DNA of 64,000 bases from Octopus vulgaris (taxonomy: Eukaryota), in NCBI GenBank assembly GCA_951406725.2, contig OX597814.1, positions 2,046,001 through 2,110,000 on the forward strand, in the 5' to 3' direction. Under the pieces are notes generated by a model. The model worked only from the letters and a program-made list of their open reading frames with translations, searched no databases and had not been told where the DNA came from. Made by a program: the position numbers and the translations under genes. Positions 46,581-61,496 of the stretch are shown here, one piece after another (within the stretch, counting starts at the first letter, position 1; the number at the start of each line of letters is the position of its first letter).

Positions 46581-48120
46581 TTATGTGTATACATGTGGAA
46601 CAGCTTTTCTTTTATACATGTTCCATTAAATACACGACTGTGTTCAAGTCTTGCCACCTCAGTGCTACCACCTCAAAAACTCCCACCACCAAAACAAACA
46701 ACAACAATACTAACACCAACAACTACAACACCTGCTCCCCGGCAGATACTTTACTGATATCTTGCATAAACACAGAAGTTGGAAGAGATAATTGATTCGG
46801 CACAAACCCAGTACAATTGTAATATCGATTTATTGACTAAGGTTTTTAAACGGCAAAGACAGACCTTGAAGAAATATGGACATCGAATTAAACAAAACGC
46901 CTTTTGCAACTTTTACTCATTCATTGCATGCCATATATACTGACCTAGATGGCGCAATAATCTGTAGATCAGGTAGTTGGTATCATACTATGATGAACGT
47001 GCAGCAAAACCTGCAGGATACACGGTGCAAAATTGCAAGAGATATTACAGAGTGAATTCAGGTGGTACAAGACGCAAATTTAGAATGAAACAGCAGCCAT
47101 GACATATCGGTGATCCAAGAGGAGTTTGTATTAAATAATCTTCAATTTATATGGTTGTAGGCAATCATAGAAAGCGTCAGGTCGATGAGAATGGGTGTGG
47201 TTATGGTGGACGTTTAAAAGACCATCCTGCAGCGATTCCTGAGACACATCAAGCTGCTTGCTCCTTTGTATCGCAGACTGCATCAAGCAAGGTAAATCGA
47301 ATCGCTTCACTGACCTCGGTCAATGTCAATCGCTTAATCATCGTAATCGTCAAGATTATCATGATTATAATCATCATGGCTATGATCACGATCATCATCA
47401 TCATCATGATGAACATCATCCACATCCTCACGACGACGACGATGACGACCCCCATCGCCATAACTATCACCGTCATCGTTACTGTCGTCATACTCGTTCG
47501 TCGCCGTTGTCAGCGATATCGTAGTCGTCATCATCTCACGTCATTTTGTTTTTCAATCACTTTTAAAAACACTCTCAATATAGAAACGACGACAACAACA
47601 ACAACAAGAACAACAGCAACAGCAACAACAACAACACCTACTTGTTATCTACAAATCTGACATCTTAAAAACAGAAAGTTGGTTTTTTCCATCCTCATCT
47701 TCCCGTCAAATTTACGTGTATTTCAAAATAATTTAATCCTGTTGACGTGAATAGAGAAGAATAGAGGGGGCGGGGCGAGGCGGGGCGGTGGGGGTGGGGT
47801 GGAGGGGGTTAGCCCCTCCCCCCCTTCCTTCCCAATATTTTCACAATCTACGATCGAGCAGATTACGGCTTGTAACGAACTGGTGATTAGCAGTTTGTGT
47901 GAGCCGTGTGTGAGCCGTGTGTATGTGAGTGTGTGTGTGTGTGTGTGCATTCATACACACACATATATATATATACATACATAGTTATATATATATATAT
48001 GTATATATAAATATATGCCTGTATAAATACATAGATATTAACACACACACACATATGAATTTATATACACATGTACATGAGTACGTATCTTTTTTTGTGT
48101 GTATATATATATATATGAAC

Positions 48121-48239
<119 letters not shown>

Positions 48240-48249
48240 GTATATATTC

Positions 48250-48280
<31 letters not shown>

Positions 48281-48287
48281 GTATATA

Positions 48288-48326
<39 letters not shown>

Positions 48327-48365
48327 TCATATATATATATATATATGTATATATTCATATATATA

Positions 48366-48468
<103 letters not shown>

Positions 48469-49129
48469 GTATATATTCATATATATATATATATATATAT
48501 ATATGAATATATACATATATATATATATATGAATATATATATATATACACATCCATGTATACATGCATTAACGTATACATACATATATATATATCTAGGT
48601 GTGTGCCTGATGTGTGAGTGAGGGTGTGTGCATCTCTTAGAATTGCTTTTGTCGTTGTGTAACAATTCTCATTGACACCTATAGATTATATTATTGGAGA
48701 GATTAGGTTTCTTCGTTCCTGTTGTTGCATACACGCCAATCACATGTATATACACCCTCTCTCTCTCTCTCTCACACACAGACACACACACACACATATG
48801 TGCATGTATGCATGTATATGCATATATATATATATATATGTGTGCGTGTGTGTGTATACTCATATACATATAGGGCAAAAACTCGTATAGTAATACACAC
48901 ACTCAAGCAATCGCACACGTTCACGCACATAGATACACACACACACACACACACAGGCACATGCATACATGAACAATTTAGATATTCATACACAGATACG
49001 TATAACATATCCATACAAACGCAAGCACACACGCACGCACGCACGCACGCTCATAAGTACACGTAAACACATATGTAACCTCTGTGTTCACGCAATCACA
49101 CAGAACCACAAACACAATGATACACGCAC

Positions 49130-49242
49130 ACACACACACACACATTCACACACATACAGTGGCACCCACATACACATTCGCTTACAAACACACATGTATT
49201 CACACGTATGATTGCATAGACACTTAGACACTCGCACGGTCC

Positions 49243-49278
<36 letters not shown>

Positions 49279-49600
49279 TACACAGACACATACAAGCACA
49301 CCCACACACACATACATACAAACACATATACACTGTCACCCCCACACACATTCGCTCACAAACACACATGTATTCACACGTATGATTGCATAGACACTTA
49401 GACACTCGCACGGTCCCACACACACACACACACAAACATACACAGACACATACAAGCACACACACACACATACAAACACACATAAAAACACACACACACA
49501 CTGTCACCCACACACATTCGCTCACAAACACACAAGTATTCACACGTGTGCGTGCACAAACACTTAGACTCTCGCATGGTCACACACACACAGACACACA
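49130..49600. repeat. CA-rich tandem triplication (about 170 bp units)
   Basis: CACATTCGCT(T/C)ACAAACACACA(T/A)GTATTCACACGT...CACTTAGAC occurs three times. Confidence 0.8.
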
Positions 49601-49650
49601 GGTACACTCAGGCACACAGGCAAACACACACACACACTCACACATATACA

Positions 49651-49709
<59 letters not shown>

Positions 49710-50029
49710 AGTCACATTTCTCGATATCGCTGAGATCTGAGCGGAGAGGACGTTTTGCGTGGAGCGGCGTAAAAGGGAATAACGATGGCAAGATTAAAAG
49801 ATGGAACAAAAGAAAGGTGAAATCTAATCGAAAGATCGATGAGGGAGATTATCGGCTAAACAGGCAGTTGTCGTAGACAAACGGTCCCGTGGAATCTTAG
49901 TGAGGAATCTTGATCGCAGAGCGAGATGCCGTGTAGTAATGACGGCTTTCCAAACAACCGCCTTGATTCCTATTAAAAGACATGCCTTCATTATCACCGT
50001 TGTGAAACCGTTATTACTGCCGCCACCAC

Positions 50030-50900
50030 CACATCCGCCGCCGCCTTTACCACCAGCACCAGCACCAGCACACTCCACCACCACAGCCACCATCCACCAC
50101 AGCCACCACCACCACCACCACCACCACCACCACCACCAGAAACAACAACAGCAACAATACCACCACCACTACCATTCTCCTCTGCTCCAGCAACCACGAT
50201 GACGACGACGACGACGACCACCACCACCACCACCACCACACCACAACTATTACCACTACTACTGCTATCACTAACATCACCACTACCATCACAACCACCA
50301 CCACCACCACCACTACCAGCATCATCACAATCACCGTTATCATCTCCATAGTCGTCATCGTCAGTGCTACCTCTACTACGACCATCATCATGTCCATCTC
50401 CTCTTCCTCCTACTCTTCACCACCACCATGACGATGATGATGATGATGATCATCATCATCACCACCGCCGCTATGACCAACACCATCGACTCCGTCGTAA
50501 CCATCATCCTCCAGCGTCATCAGCCACGTACCACCAACACCACTATCGTCATCATCATTGTCATCATCAAAGTTAGCATGATTTTTATCATCCTCATCAT
50601 CATCACCATCATCGTCGTCGCCGTAGTAGTCATCATCATCATCGACATCATCATCATCTTTTTCATCAGCATCATCACCACAACTACCACCATCATCATC
50701 CCCACCATCATCATCCCCACCATCATCATCCCCACCATCATCATCACCACCACCACCACCATCATCATCATCCTCACCATCATCATCACCATCACCATCA
50801 CCATCACCATCAGCATCATCATCATCATCATCATCCTCCTCTTTCTCATCCTCATCATCATCAGCAGCAGCAGCAGCATCCTCACCATCATCATCCTCAC

Positions 50901-50938
<38 letters not shown>

Positions 50939-51062
50939 CCATCACCATCCTCCCCCTCCTCCTCCTCATCCTCAGCAGCATCCTCACCATCATCATCCTC
51001 ACCATCATCATCGTCGTCATCATCATCATCACCATCACCATCCTCCCCCTCCTCCTCCTCAT

Positions 51063-51094
<32 letters not shown>

Positions 51095-51200
51095 CCATCA
51101 TCTCTCCGCACCTCACCGCTGCCTCTACTGCCGCCAGTCCCCACCCCACTCTTGCATAACCATCACCATCACCATTATCATTATCACAATCTCCAACGCT
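50030..51200 (+). repeat. (CAC/CAT)n low-complexity region
   Basis: Direct reading. Confidence 0.9.
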
Positions 51201-51524
51201 ATCGCCAACCAATATCAGTGCAAACAAATACAAACAACAAAAACAACAACAAAACAAAAAACAAAAACATGTCCAAGTTTGTCTTCATTTGACATTCAAT
51301 GATGCTAAGTTGTGTGTAAGTGTGTGTGTGTGTGTGTGTGTATGAGATATGCATGATTGTGCTTGTGTGATTTCGTATGTGTTTGTGTATGTATATGCGT
51401 TTGAATGCGCTGTTAGAAGTGTGAATAGACGAGTTTTTCACAGCTACCAAAAAATGGTTTAATTTTATTAGACAGGTAAGGTAGCTTTTTCGTTCTGGAG
51501 ACTGGTGAGTGTTTTCAAAATATT

Positions 51525-51645
51525 AGTAGTGGCTGTGTGGTAAGTAGCTTGCTCACCAACCACATGGTTTCGCGTTCAGTCCCACCAACCAAAGTCTTGT
51601 GAATGGATTTGGTAGACAAAAACTGAAAGAAGCTCGTCGAATAAA

Positions 51646-51676
<31 letters not shown>

Positions 51677-51880
51677 GTACGTGTGTGTACATGTTTCTGT
51701 ATCTGTGTTTGTCCCTCCAGCATCGCTTGTCATCCGATGCTGGTGTGTTTACGTCCCCGTAATTTAGCGGTTCGGCAAAAAGAGACCGATGCAATAAGTC
51801 CTGGGGTCGATTTGCTCGACTATAGGCGGTGCTCCAGCATGGCCACAATCAAATGACTGAAACAAGTAAAAGAGAGTAAA
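51525..51880 (+). mobile_element. SINE family A with internal deletions
   Basis: Head, body and tail motifs. Confidence 0.88.
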
Positions 51881-52474
51881 GAGTATTACACGTGTTTCAC
51901 TTGGTAACAGGGGTTACATAATTGTACATGTCATAGAAAACAACTACGGAATCTCCTATTGGAAATGCTTTAAACAGTGAAACAATTTTTGTATTAATCG
52001 ATCCTTTGTGTAAAAGAATTTCTCGTAGAAAATATTTTAAATGTTTTCTGCGACATGTATAATTTCGTAATTCCTATAAGCAAATACCAAAATAATATTC
52101 AATATCCTGTGTTCATATTATTATTCTGCAGTATTTTCAACACTTGTGCACATGTAAATACGGATTTAGAATACGGATCTAAATACGGATTTAGAATGTT
52201 GGAATAAACGGATGTGCTTCAAGGACACACAGCTTAGATTTTAACCTTTTTACATTTTACACACACACACACACACTTAGGTAAATTTCGGCCAGCCAAG
52301 CCGAACTTACTAGCACGCCCTGTAAAAAATATCTACCATCATTCTTTGGGTTCTCTAACCCGTTTTAGCAAAGAGTTGTGCAGAGATATATCCGGGTGGT
52401 GGTGGTTTATCTGGAAATTTTTTAAATACTCTTCCAGGAGCCGTTTGAATGTTATGAAATATTTGTGTGTGTGC

Positions 52475-52508
<34 letters not shown>

Positions 52509-52515
<7 letters not shown>

Positions 52516-53030
52516 AACTTATAAATAAGGGCAAACGAAACAATTTCAAATGCCAAATATGCCGAAATTATACACATTGCCCATAACCATATAATTTATC
52601 ACAATAATCGCACGTGTCTCGAATGGGCTGGAGAATTTCTATTTTGGATATATTTGGGGTACCTAGTTGTGCTCATGGCTTAGTGTTTGCTTCTTCCATG
52701 GGTATGAGTAAGTATTTCATTAATTTCTCTTGCCGCATTTATCACTGACGAGGGGAATGTTCTTATGAACTAACCCTGAAATCGGTCCGATATGGTAATA
52801 ATGGAATTTTATAGAGATTTCTATCGACCTTTTTTCGAGTAGCGTGCTTATTGTGATAAATTATATGGTTGTGGGCAATGTGTCTAATTTCGGCATATTT
52901 GGCATTTGAAATTTTTTCGTTTGCCCTTATTTATAAGTTGTTTATAAATTTAACCTTTAATGGTATTTTTTAATATGCTGGCCATTGATATAATTTATTT
53001 TTTCGAAAAAATTTTATCCTACATTAGATG
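52509..53030 (+). mobile_element. pLTR-like element with inverted arms (52509-52614 / 52843-52946) and hammerhead at 52740-52792
   Basis: UAUCA-CUGACGA-GGGG..GUUC uuau GAAC..CCCU-GAA-AUCGGU-C-CGAUA. Confidence 0.8.
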
Positions 53031-53281
53031 TATATATATATATATCTTTAGTTAAATATATTCAATGAGAATATCATATACTGAATTTATATTGAGAGCT
53101 CAATTGTATCAAAATATTAATACTATTAAAGTATTTATAAATTTAATACGAGCGATTATATCTACTATATATATTATATACTATACTATATATAATATAT
53201 TATATATTAATAATATATTATGATATTGATTTCCTGATATTATTAACAGTATATATAGTATATATATATATATATTACGGA

Positions 53282-53324
<43 letters not shown>

Positions 53325-53382
53325 CGGAGATGTACTTTCATAGCAAGTGACCTGATCTGAGATCTTGTGCTGGAACGAAAAC

Positions 53383-53681
53383 AATTGCAGCATGGAAGGT
53401 GTTTATAAGCCATTTAAGAAATACACAAAAACCGTTAGATTCACTTCAACATTTTAAGTTTTTTTGTCAAAATATTTTCGTCGCTTTGAGACCGCAACCT
53501 GTTCACTGACAAAATTGTGTGCTGCATATGTATTCTGTGCTGCAAGGAATTTTGTCAGTGAACAGGTCGCGGTCAGACAGCGTCGAAAATATTTTGACAA
53601 ATAAAATTTAAAATGTTGAAGTGAATCTAACGGTTTTTGTGTATTTCTTAAATGGCTTATAAACACCTTCTACGCTGCAAT

Positions 53682-53682
<1 letters not shown>
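53383..53682. repeat. Foldback element (arms 53383-53516 / 53548-53682)
   Basis: About 135 bp near-perfect inverted arms. Confidence 0.93.
53552..53600 (+). ncRNA. Hammerhead, G3-C8 core variant
   Basis: UUGUCA-GUGAACA-g-GUCGC..GCG(U/A)C-GAA-AAUAUU-U-UGACAA. Confidence 0.7.
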
Positions 53683-53714
<32 letters not shown>

Positions 53715-54122
53715 GTATGTATTTTTTTAAATACAAATAAATGAAAGAATGGAGCTGAACGACGATTTAAAAAAATTGTATGTATGTATGTATGTATGTA
53801 TGTATGTATGTATGTATGTATGTATGTAGGCATGCATGTGTGTGTATATATATATATACATATGCATATATGGGTACAGGACATCACCAACTGTGTAAAC
53901 ATGAAGTACGAAAACAGTAAAAGCTAGAGTGGACGAGGGCAAGACTCACCGTGTCATTCGGCCATATGCATTAGACATGATTTGACTTTGAAGAAGCTTC
54001 CTTCAGTTGCTTTACACGTGTCTTAGTCCCATTGTAAATTAGGTGTGTGCATGTGTAAGTACACGTTGTGTGTATGTATGTGTTTTATATACATGCCTGC
54101 ATATGTGTATATGTATGCGTAC

Positions 54123-54163
<41 letters not shown>

Positions 54164-54962
54164 GTGGGAGAGAGAAGATGGCGGTTTTAATGGCGACTTT
54201 ATAGCAAGTGACAATGCATCGTTGACATCCATTGCAAACTCTTGGTGAAAACCTACACCGGATCCATGCGACCCATGCTGCGGGGTGCGGGGTGCACGTT
54301 CAGCGGTCGTGTTTCGTAGATCAGAATTGTAAACCCCTGGGGCAGTAATTAAATAAAATACAATAAACTACCATCGTGTGTTTTCTTCTAAGTACCAGTT
54401 TTCTTATTCTCTTCATTCGTCGCGAGGTTGGTCAAAGAGACGGTGTGAGGAACGTGGTATTTTAGTGACTATGGCTGTCGCTTCAGGAGAATCGAAGAAT
54501 CAATCATAGAATTACAGACCATGGGGTCTTTTCCGCCACCCTAATTTAATGTCAGGGTGGTTGATGGAAAGTGACAGTAATTTCTGGTTGAAAGTATTTG
54601 TAAGACAGGTGGCGAGAGGGGAAGAATGAGGAGTGGGGAGGAGGCAGTGTGTGTGTGCTTGTGTGTCCGTGTTAAGTATGTATATGCGTATGTGTATGTG
54701 TGTTTGTAAGGAAGAGAGAGAAAGAGAGAGATAAGGAATGGAAATTAACAGACAAATGAAGAGACAAAGAGAGAGCGAGAGTGTGTGTGTGCGTGTGTGT
54801 GTATGTGAGGAGTGTGTGCGTATACATGTATTTTGCGTGTATGCATGCATATGAGAGCATGAGCATGCGCGTGAGAGGTAGACATAAAGGAAAGAAAAAG
54901 TGGAATCATAGACAAATAAGATTTAGAGAAATAGAAATGGAGATAAGTTGATGGATAAATAA

Positions 54963-55005
<43 letters not shown>

Positions 55006-55110
55006 TAGACAGAGATAGACATATAGACAGATAGATAGATAGATGGATGGGTGGATGGATGGATGGACAGATAGATAAAAAGATAGATATATAAATAAAT
55101 AGATAGATAG

Positions 55111-55198
<88 letters not shown>

Positions 55199-55479
55199 AT
55201 AAAGAAAGGAAGGAAGAACAGACACCCAGTGAGACGAGAAATTAAAGTGTTGTCAATCAAGTATTTCGTATAACAAATATATTTTGACTTACAACCCACC
55301 CTCGGGTAAGACCCAGACACACATATGTACAATAACTTCTCTCTGCCCCTCATACACATTAATACCCACACGTCTTTGCACATATGAGAGACTTGTCCGT
55401 CTACCTGTCCATCAATTCATAGTTATAATTAAGTAAATAAGGTGCATATATATATATATACTCTTTTTTTTTTTTTCTC

Positions 55480-56795
55480 TCTCTTTTTACTTGTTTCAGT
55501 CATTTGACTGCGGCCATGCTGGAGCACCGCCTTTAGTCGAGCAAATCGACCCCGGGACTTATTCTGTTGTAAGCCCAGTACTTATTCTATCGGTCTCTTT
55601 TGCCGAACCGCTAAGTGACGGGGACGTAAACACACCAGCATCGGTTGTCAAGCAATGCTAGTGGAACAAACACAGACGCACAAACATATTCACACACACA
55701 CACACATATATATATATACATATATACGACAGGCTTCTTTCAGTTTCCGCCTACCAAATCCACTCACAAGGCATTGGTCGACCCGAGGCTATAGCAGAAG
55801 ACACTTGCCCAAGATGCCACGCAATGGGACTGAACCCGGAACCATGTGGTTGGTTAGCAAGCTACTTACCAAACAGCCACTCCTGCGCCTATATATATAT
55901 ATATATACATATGTACGACAGGCTTCTTTCAGTTTCCGCCTACCAAATCCACTCACAAGGCATTGGTCGGTCCGGGGCTATAGCAGAAGACACTTGCCCA
56001 AGATGCCACGCAGTGGGACTGAACCCGGAACCATGTGGTTGGTTAGCAAGCTACTTACCAAACAGCCACTCCTGCGCCTATATATATATATATATACATA
56101 TGTACGACAGGCTTCTTTCAGTTTCCGCCTACCAAATCCACTCACAAGGCATTGGTCGACCCGGGGCTATAGCAGAAGACACTTGCCCAAGATGCCACGC
56201 AGTGGGACTGAACCCGGAACCATGTGGTTGGTTAGCAAGCTACTTACCAAACAGCCACTCCTGCGCCTATATATATATATATATACATATGTACGACAGG
56301 CTTCTTTCAGTTTCCGTCTACCAAATCCACTCACAAGGCATTGGTCGGCCCGGGGCTATAGCAGAAGACACTTGCCCAAGATGCCACGCAGTGGGACTGA
56401 ACCCGGAACCATGTGGTTGGTTAGCAAGCTACTTACCAAACAACCACTCCTGCGCCTATATGAGAGGCTTCTTTCAGTTTCCATCTACCAAATCCACTCA
56501 CAAGGCATTGGTCGGCCTGGGGCTATAGCAGAAGACACTTGCCCAAGATGCCACGCAGTGGGACTGAACCCGGAACCATGTGGTTGGTTAGCAAGCTACT
56601 TACCAAACAGCCACTCCTGCGCCTATACGAGAGGCTTCTTTCAGTTTCCATCTACCAAATCCACTCACAAGGCATTGGTCGGCCCGGGGCTATAGCAGAA
56701 GACACTTGCCCAAGATGCCACGCAGTGGGACTGAACCCGGAACCATGTGGTTGGTTAGCAAGCTACTTACCACACAGCCACTCCTGCGCCTATAT
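55480..56795 (-). mobile_element. SINE family A with six tandem head units
   Basis: GGCTTCTTTCAG at 55732, 55921, 56110, 56299, 56466 and 56633 (periods 189, 189, 189, 167, 167). Confidence 0.93.
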
Positions 56796-57067
56796 ATATA
56801 TTGTTGTGTCTGGGGTGGGGTCAGACTCCTTTAGTACCTTATCATTTAACACACACACCGCTTTGATTTACACTCATTTATTTATTCATGTATTTATTTC
56901 AAACCAGTGAGTGTGTTAAATAATAAGACACAATAATACATGCTTCAACACACGAATTCACAATAAGAATCTTGCAAACCAAATAGAAAAACGATATGTG
57001 TGTGTGTGTGTATGTATGTCTCACTCTCTCTCTCTCTCACTCTCTCTCTCTCTCTCTCTCTCTCTGT

Positions 57068-57099
<32 letters not shown>

Positions 57100-57831
57100 C
57101 TATATATAGACAGAAATGAAAACGAAGAGGGGAGGGGTATTTTTTCATATTCAAAACCTTTTTTATTAAAAATGTTTTCTACAGCATATATAGCAATGAC
57201 CAACATGTATTTCTGCTGCAGCAACTGCACATTGCTCTGTGCACAATTATGCATCGTATGTATGGCATTATTCAGTTTTATTTCAAAATTTCTTGCCAAT
57301 AGAGAAAGAACCAGTCTCTATTGGAATTTCAAAATCAACCACCATCACCACCAAAACCACCACCACCACCCCCATCACCAGAAGCACTACCGTTACCGCC
57401 ACCACCACCGCAGCCACCACCACCGCCACCACCACTACCACCACCAATACGACGACGATGACCACCACCACCACCAAAACCACCCACCACCAACATCACC
57501 AACACGACAACCACAACAACCAGCACCACCACCACTACCACCATCGTCTCCATCGCTGTCACTGCCGCTCCCATCGCCGCCACATCGACCATCGACCATC
57601 ACTACCACCACCACTGCAGTCGCCGCCGCCGCCGCCGACACCACCACCATCGCATGAAACATGTCTTACGTACATCAAACCTCAACGCCATTACACTAGA
57701 AAAAGCTGCCCTGTTAGCTTTCAAAACCAACATTTAGTAACCCCCAACACCAACGCCACCATCCGTCCAACCGCATTAACACTAACGTCGGAAACAACAA
57801 CAACAACAAATCGCGAAGCAAACACAATATA

Positions 57832-58228
57832 TATTTCTTTCTTTATTGCCCACAAGGGGCTACACATAGAGGGGACAAACAAGGACAGACAAAGGGATTA
57901 AGTCGATTATATCGACCCCAGTGCGTAACTGGTACTTAATTTATCGACCCCGAAAGGATGAAAGGCAAAGTCAACCTCGGCGGAATTTGAACTCAGAACG
58001 TAGCGGCTGACGAAATACCTATTTCTTTACTACCAACGAGGGGCTACACATAGAGGAGACAAACAAGGACAGACAAAGGGATTAAGTCGATTACATCGAC
58101 CCCAGTGCGTAACTGGTACTTAATTTATCGACCCCGAAAGGATGAAAGGCAAAGTCGACCTCGGCGGAATTTGAACTCAGAACGTAGCAGCAGACGAAAT
58201 ACGGCTAAGCATTTCGCCCGGCGCGCCC
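57832..58228 (-). mobile_element. SINE family C tandem dimer
   Basis: About 190 bp unit repeated. Confidence 0.9.
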
Positions 58229-58239
58229 ACAGCCGCCAT

Positions 58240-59290
58240 AGCGCATTGCCCGTAACCACCACATCGAGCACCACCACCATCAACACTACCACAACCACCA
58301 CGGCTGCCATCACAGCCACCTCTACCACATCACAACCACTAGTACCACCAGCACCAGCACCACCACTACCACCACCACCACCACCACCACCACCACCACC
58401 ACCACCACCACTACGACGACCACCACCACCACCACCACTATCATCTCCATAGTCGTCATCATCAGTACCACCACTACCACCACCACCACCACCACCACCA
58501 CTATCATCTCCATAGTCGTCATCATCAGTACCACCACTACCACCACCACCACCACCACCACCACTATCATCTCCATAGTCGTCATCATCAGTACCACCAC
58601 CACCACCACCACCACCACCACCACCGTTATCATCTCCATAGTCGTCATCATCAGTACTACCTCTACTACCACCATCATCGTCACGTCCATCTCCTCCTCC
58701 TCCTCGTCACCACCACCATGATGATGATGAGAATCATCATCATCGTCGTCACCACCGCAGCCATGACCAACACCATCGACTCCATCGTAACCATCATCCT
58801 CCACCGTCATCGGCCACGTACCACCAACACCACTATCGTCATCATCATTGTCATCACCACCATCAAAAATCAGCATGATTTTTATCATCACCGTCGTCAT
58901 CGCCTTGGTAGTCATCATCATCATCGTCATCATCATCGACATGGTCATCATCGTCGTCGTCATCATCAGCACCACCATCACCCCCATCCCACCATCATCA
59001 TGATCATTATCACCCTCATCAGCACTACCAACTCCACCACCGTCGTCATCATCACCACCATCATCACCACCAACATCATCTCATTACCACCACTGCCACC
59101 ATCACCACCACCACTACCGCCGCCACCACTATCACCACCATCACCACCACCACCGTAACCGCCACCGCTACTAACAACAGAAACGATAAGACTTTGGTGT
59201 TGCCATAATTATCACCATTGGGAGCACAACCATCACCATCATTATCATCATCATCATCATCAAAACCGACATCATCACAACCACCCACCA
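58240..59290 (+). repeat. (CAC/CAT)n region with an about 60 bp minisatellite TATCATCTCCATAGTCGTCATCATCAGTAC
   Basis: Four units at 58440-58655. Confidence 0.88.
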
Positions 59291-59664
59291 CCGCCTGCGC
59301 CACCATAGATCTACAACTAGTACCACAAGCATACCCCTTCCACATACACCCACCCACCTATGTATTAATCTATATATTTCCTCCCCAAGCCCACTCCAAC
59401 CGCGACCCACCAGCACCACCCGAAACCTGTCATCAGTGTTGACGCCAACATTCCATTGAACTGGTATAGAGTGCGGGGGTGGGGCAATGGTGGGAACCGG
59501 AGCTGGGAGGAGGAGAAGGGGGGTGGGGCGGTTGTGTTTTAGAAAATGATTTTCGCTAATTACCGCGAAGTACAATCAAAACAAACAAACAAACGAAAAA
59601 CAGCAAAAAATAAATAATGGACGGCGGAAGGATAGGAAAATCAATGGACAAAACTAATTACTCA

Positions 59665-59730
<66 letters not shown>

Positions 59731-59949
59731 GTGCGTGCGTACATGTATACATTATACGTACATATATCTATATATACATATCTGTGTATGGATGTGTGGA
59801 AGGGTGGGTTGTTAGGGGTGTATACATGTATATGCATATATATATACATATCCATATACATACACGTATATATATGACACACACACATCATGCACTCACA
59901 TACTCACATGTATATATTGTTAAACATGGGGGTGGTCATATTTTGCCAA

Positions 59950-59966
59950 GATAGACAGATAGATTA

Positions 59967-60017
<51 letters not shown>

Positions 60018-60122
60018 TAAAGAGTGGTAGATAGATTTATATATATAAAGATATATATATGTGTGTGTGTGTATGTGTGTGCATATATGTACGTATGTAT
60101 ATATATATATATATATGTGTGT

Positions 60123-60175
<53 letters not shown>

Positions 60176-60197
60176 TAGATAGATAGATAGATAGATT

Positions 60198-60274
<77 letters not shown>

Positions 60275-60300
60275 GTAGGTAGGTAGATGTATAGATAACA
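59950..60300. repeat. (GATA)n/(GACA)n microsatellites
   Basis: Direct reading. Confidence 0.95.
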
Positions 60301-61496
60301 CCAACAGTAGCAGCAACAACAACAGTTATATCAACAATAATAGCTTTAATAACATCAACAACAACAACAGCATCAATCTCGAATAGTAAAGTCGACCACG
60401 GTAAACTTAGACTTGGGAAAAAATGGCGCTAAGCATTTTGTCTCTGCAACCTAGGTGTTCGGCAAAACAGAATTAAGCACTTAGCTTTTTTTAAAAGACG
60501 TCCTGGGGTCGATTTATTCGACCAAAATTCTTTAGGGGCAGTGCCCCAGCATGGCCGTGGTCTACTGAGTGAAACAAGTAAAAAAAAATAATAAACGAAG
60601 ATATTTTACATAAGGTATTGCCCAGTATCTCCTGGAAAACATTCTGATACGTTCCTTAAAAATCCTATCTTTAAGTCCCATTAAGAAACCATCGTTGACC
60701 CATCACCCCCAAGAAAACCCCAACAATCTCCTTATCACTCGTACCCATGCACCCATAAAACCTCATCCACCTCAAAATTATACGCTCATTTCATCAGTCT
60801 TCTCCACTTCTCCTTAGATTATCTCCCTTTCTCTATCTCTCTCTCACGCCTTGTTGTTGTTCTTGTTCTACTTCTACTTCTTCCGCCTCCTTCTCCTCCT
60901 CCTCCTCCTCGGCCTTCTTCATCTTCTATCCCTCCTTCCTAAACCGTTTCCTTCTCTTCTCCACACCCTCTCTCTCCCACTTTAACTCTCTCTCTCTTCC
61001 CTAATCCCCTTTCTAAGTCCCCTCCCTTCTTCCACCCTACTCATCCCAACCCTCTTTGTCTTATTCAGGATCAGAAACAAAGTACCGTGTCAAATATGAC
61101 GCAGCCCCCTTGATTAATTAGCTTGATGAACGAAAAGATAATTTCCAATACAAAACCTAGTTTCTCTCACTCATTAACCACCCCCACTCACTCATCTGTC
61201 TCTTTCATTAATCACCCTCTCCTTTTTCTCTCACCCTCACCTTTCCATTTATCATCTGCCCCATCTTTCTCTCACCCTCACCCTTTTTCTCGTTCTCCTT
61301 CTCTCCTTCCTCAAAAAATTACTTTCCAATAATCTATCTAAAATAGTCTTTTTTTGGCTTTACTGGTCTCTCTCTCTCTCTCATTCTCTCTCCCTCTCTA
61401 ACATACACACATACATTCATACACACATACATACATATATACAGACATATACATATATATATATATAAATACATATACATATATATATATATATAT

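Noticed and set aside
50410-51257. Asp/Gly-rich and Ile-rich ORFs
   Set aside because: Triplet repeat open in several frames on both strands; no evidence of an exon
55655-56695. 346-aa repetitive ORF
   Set aside because: Antisense reading of the tandem SINE head array
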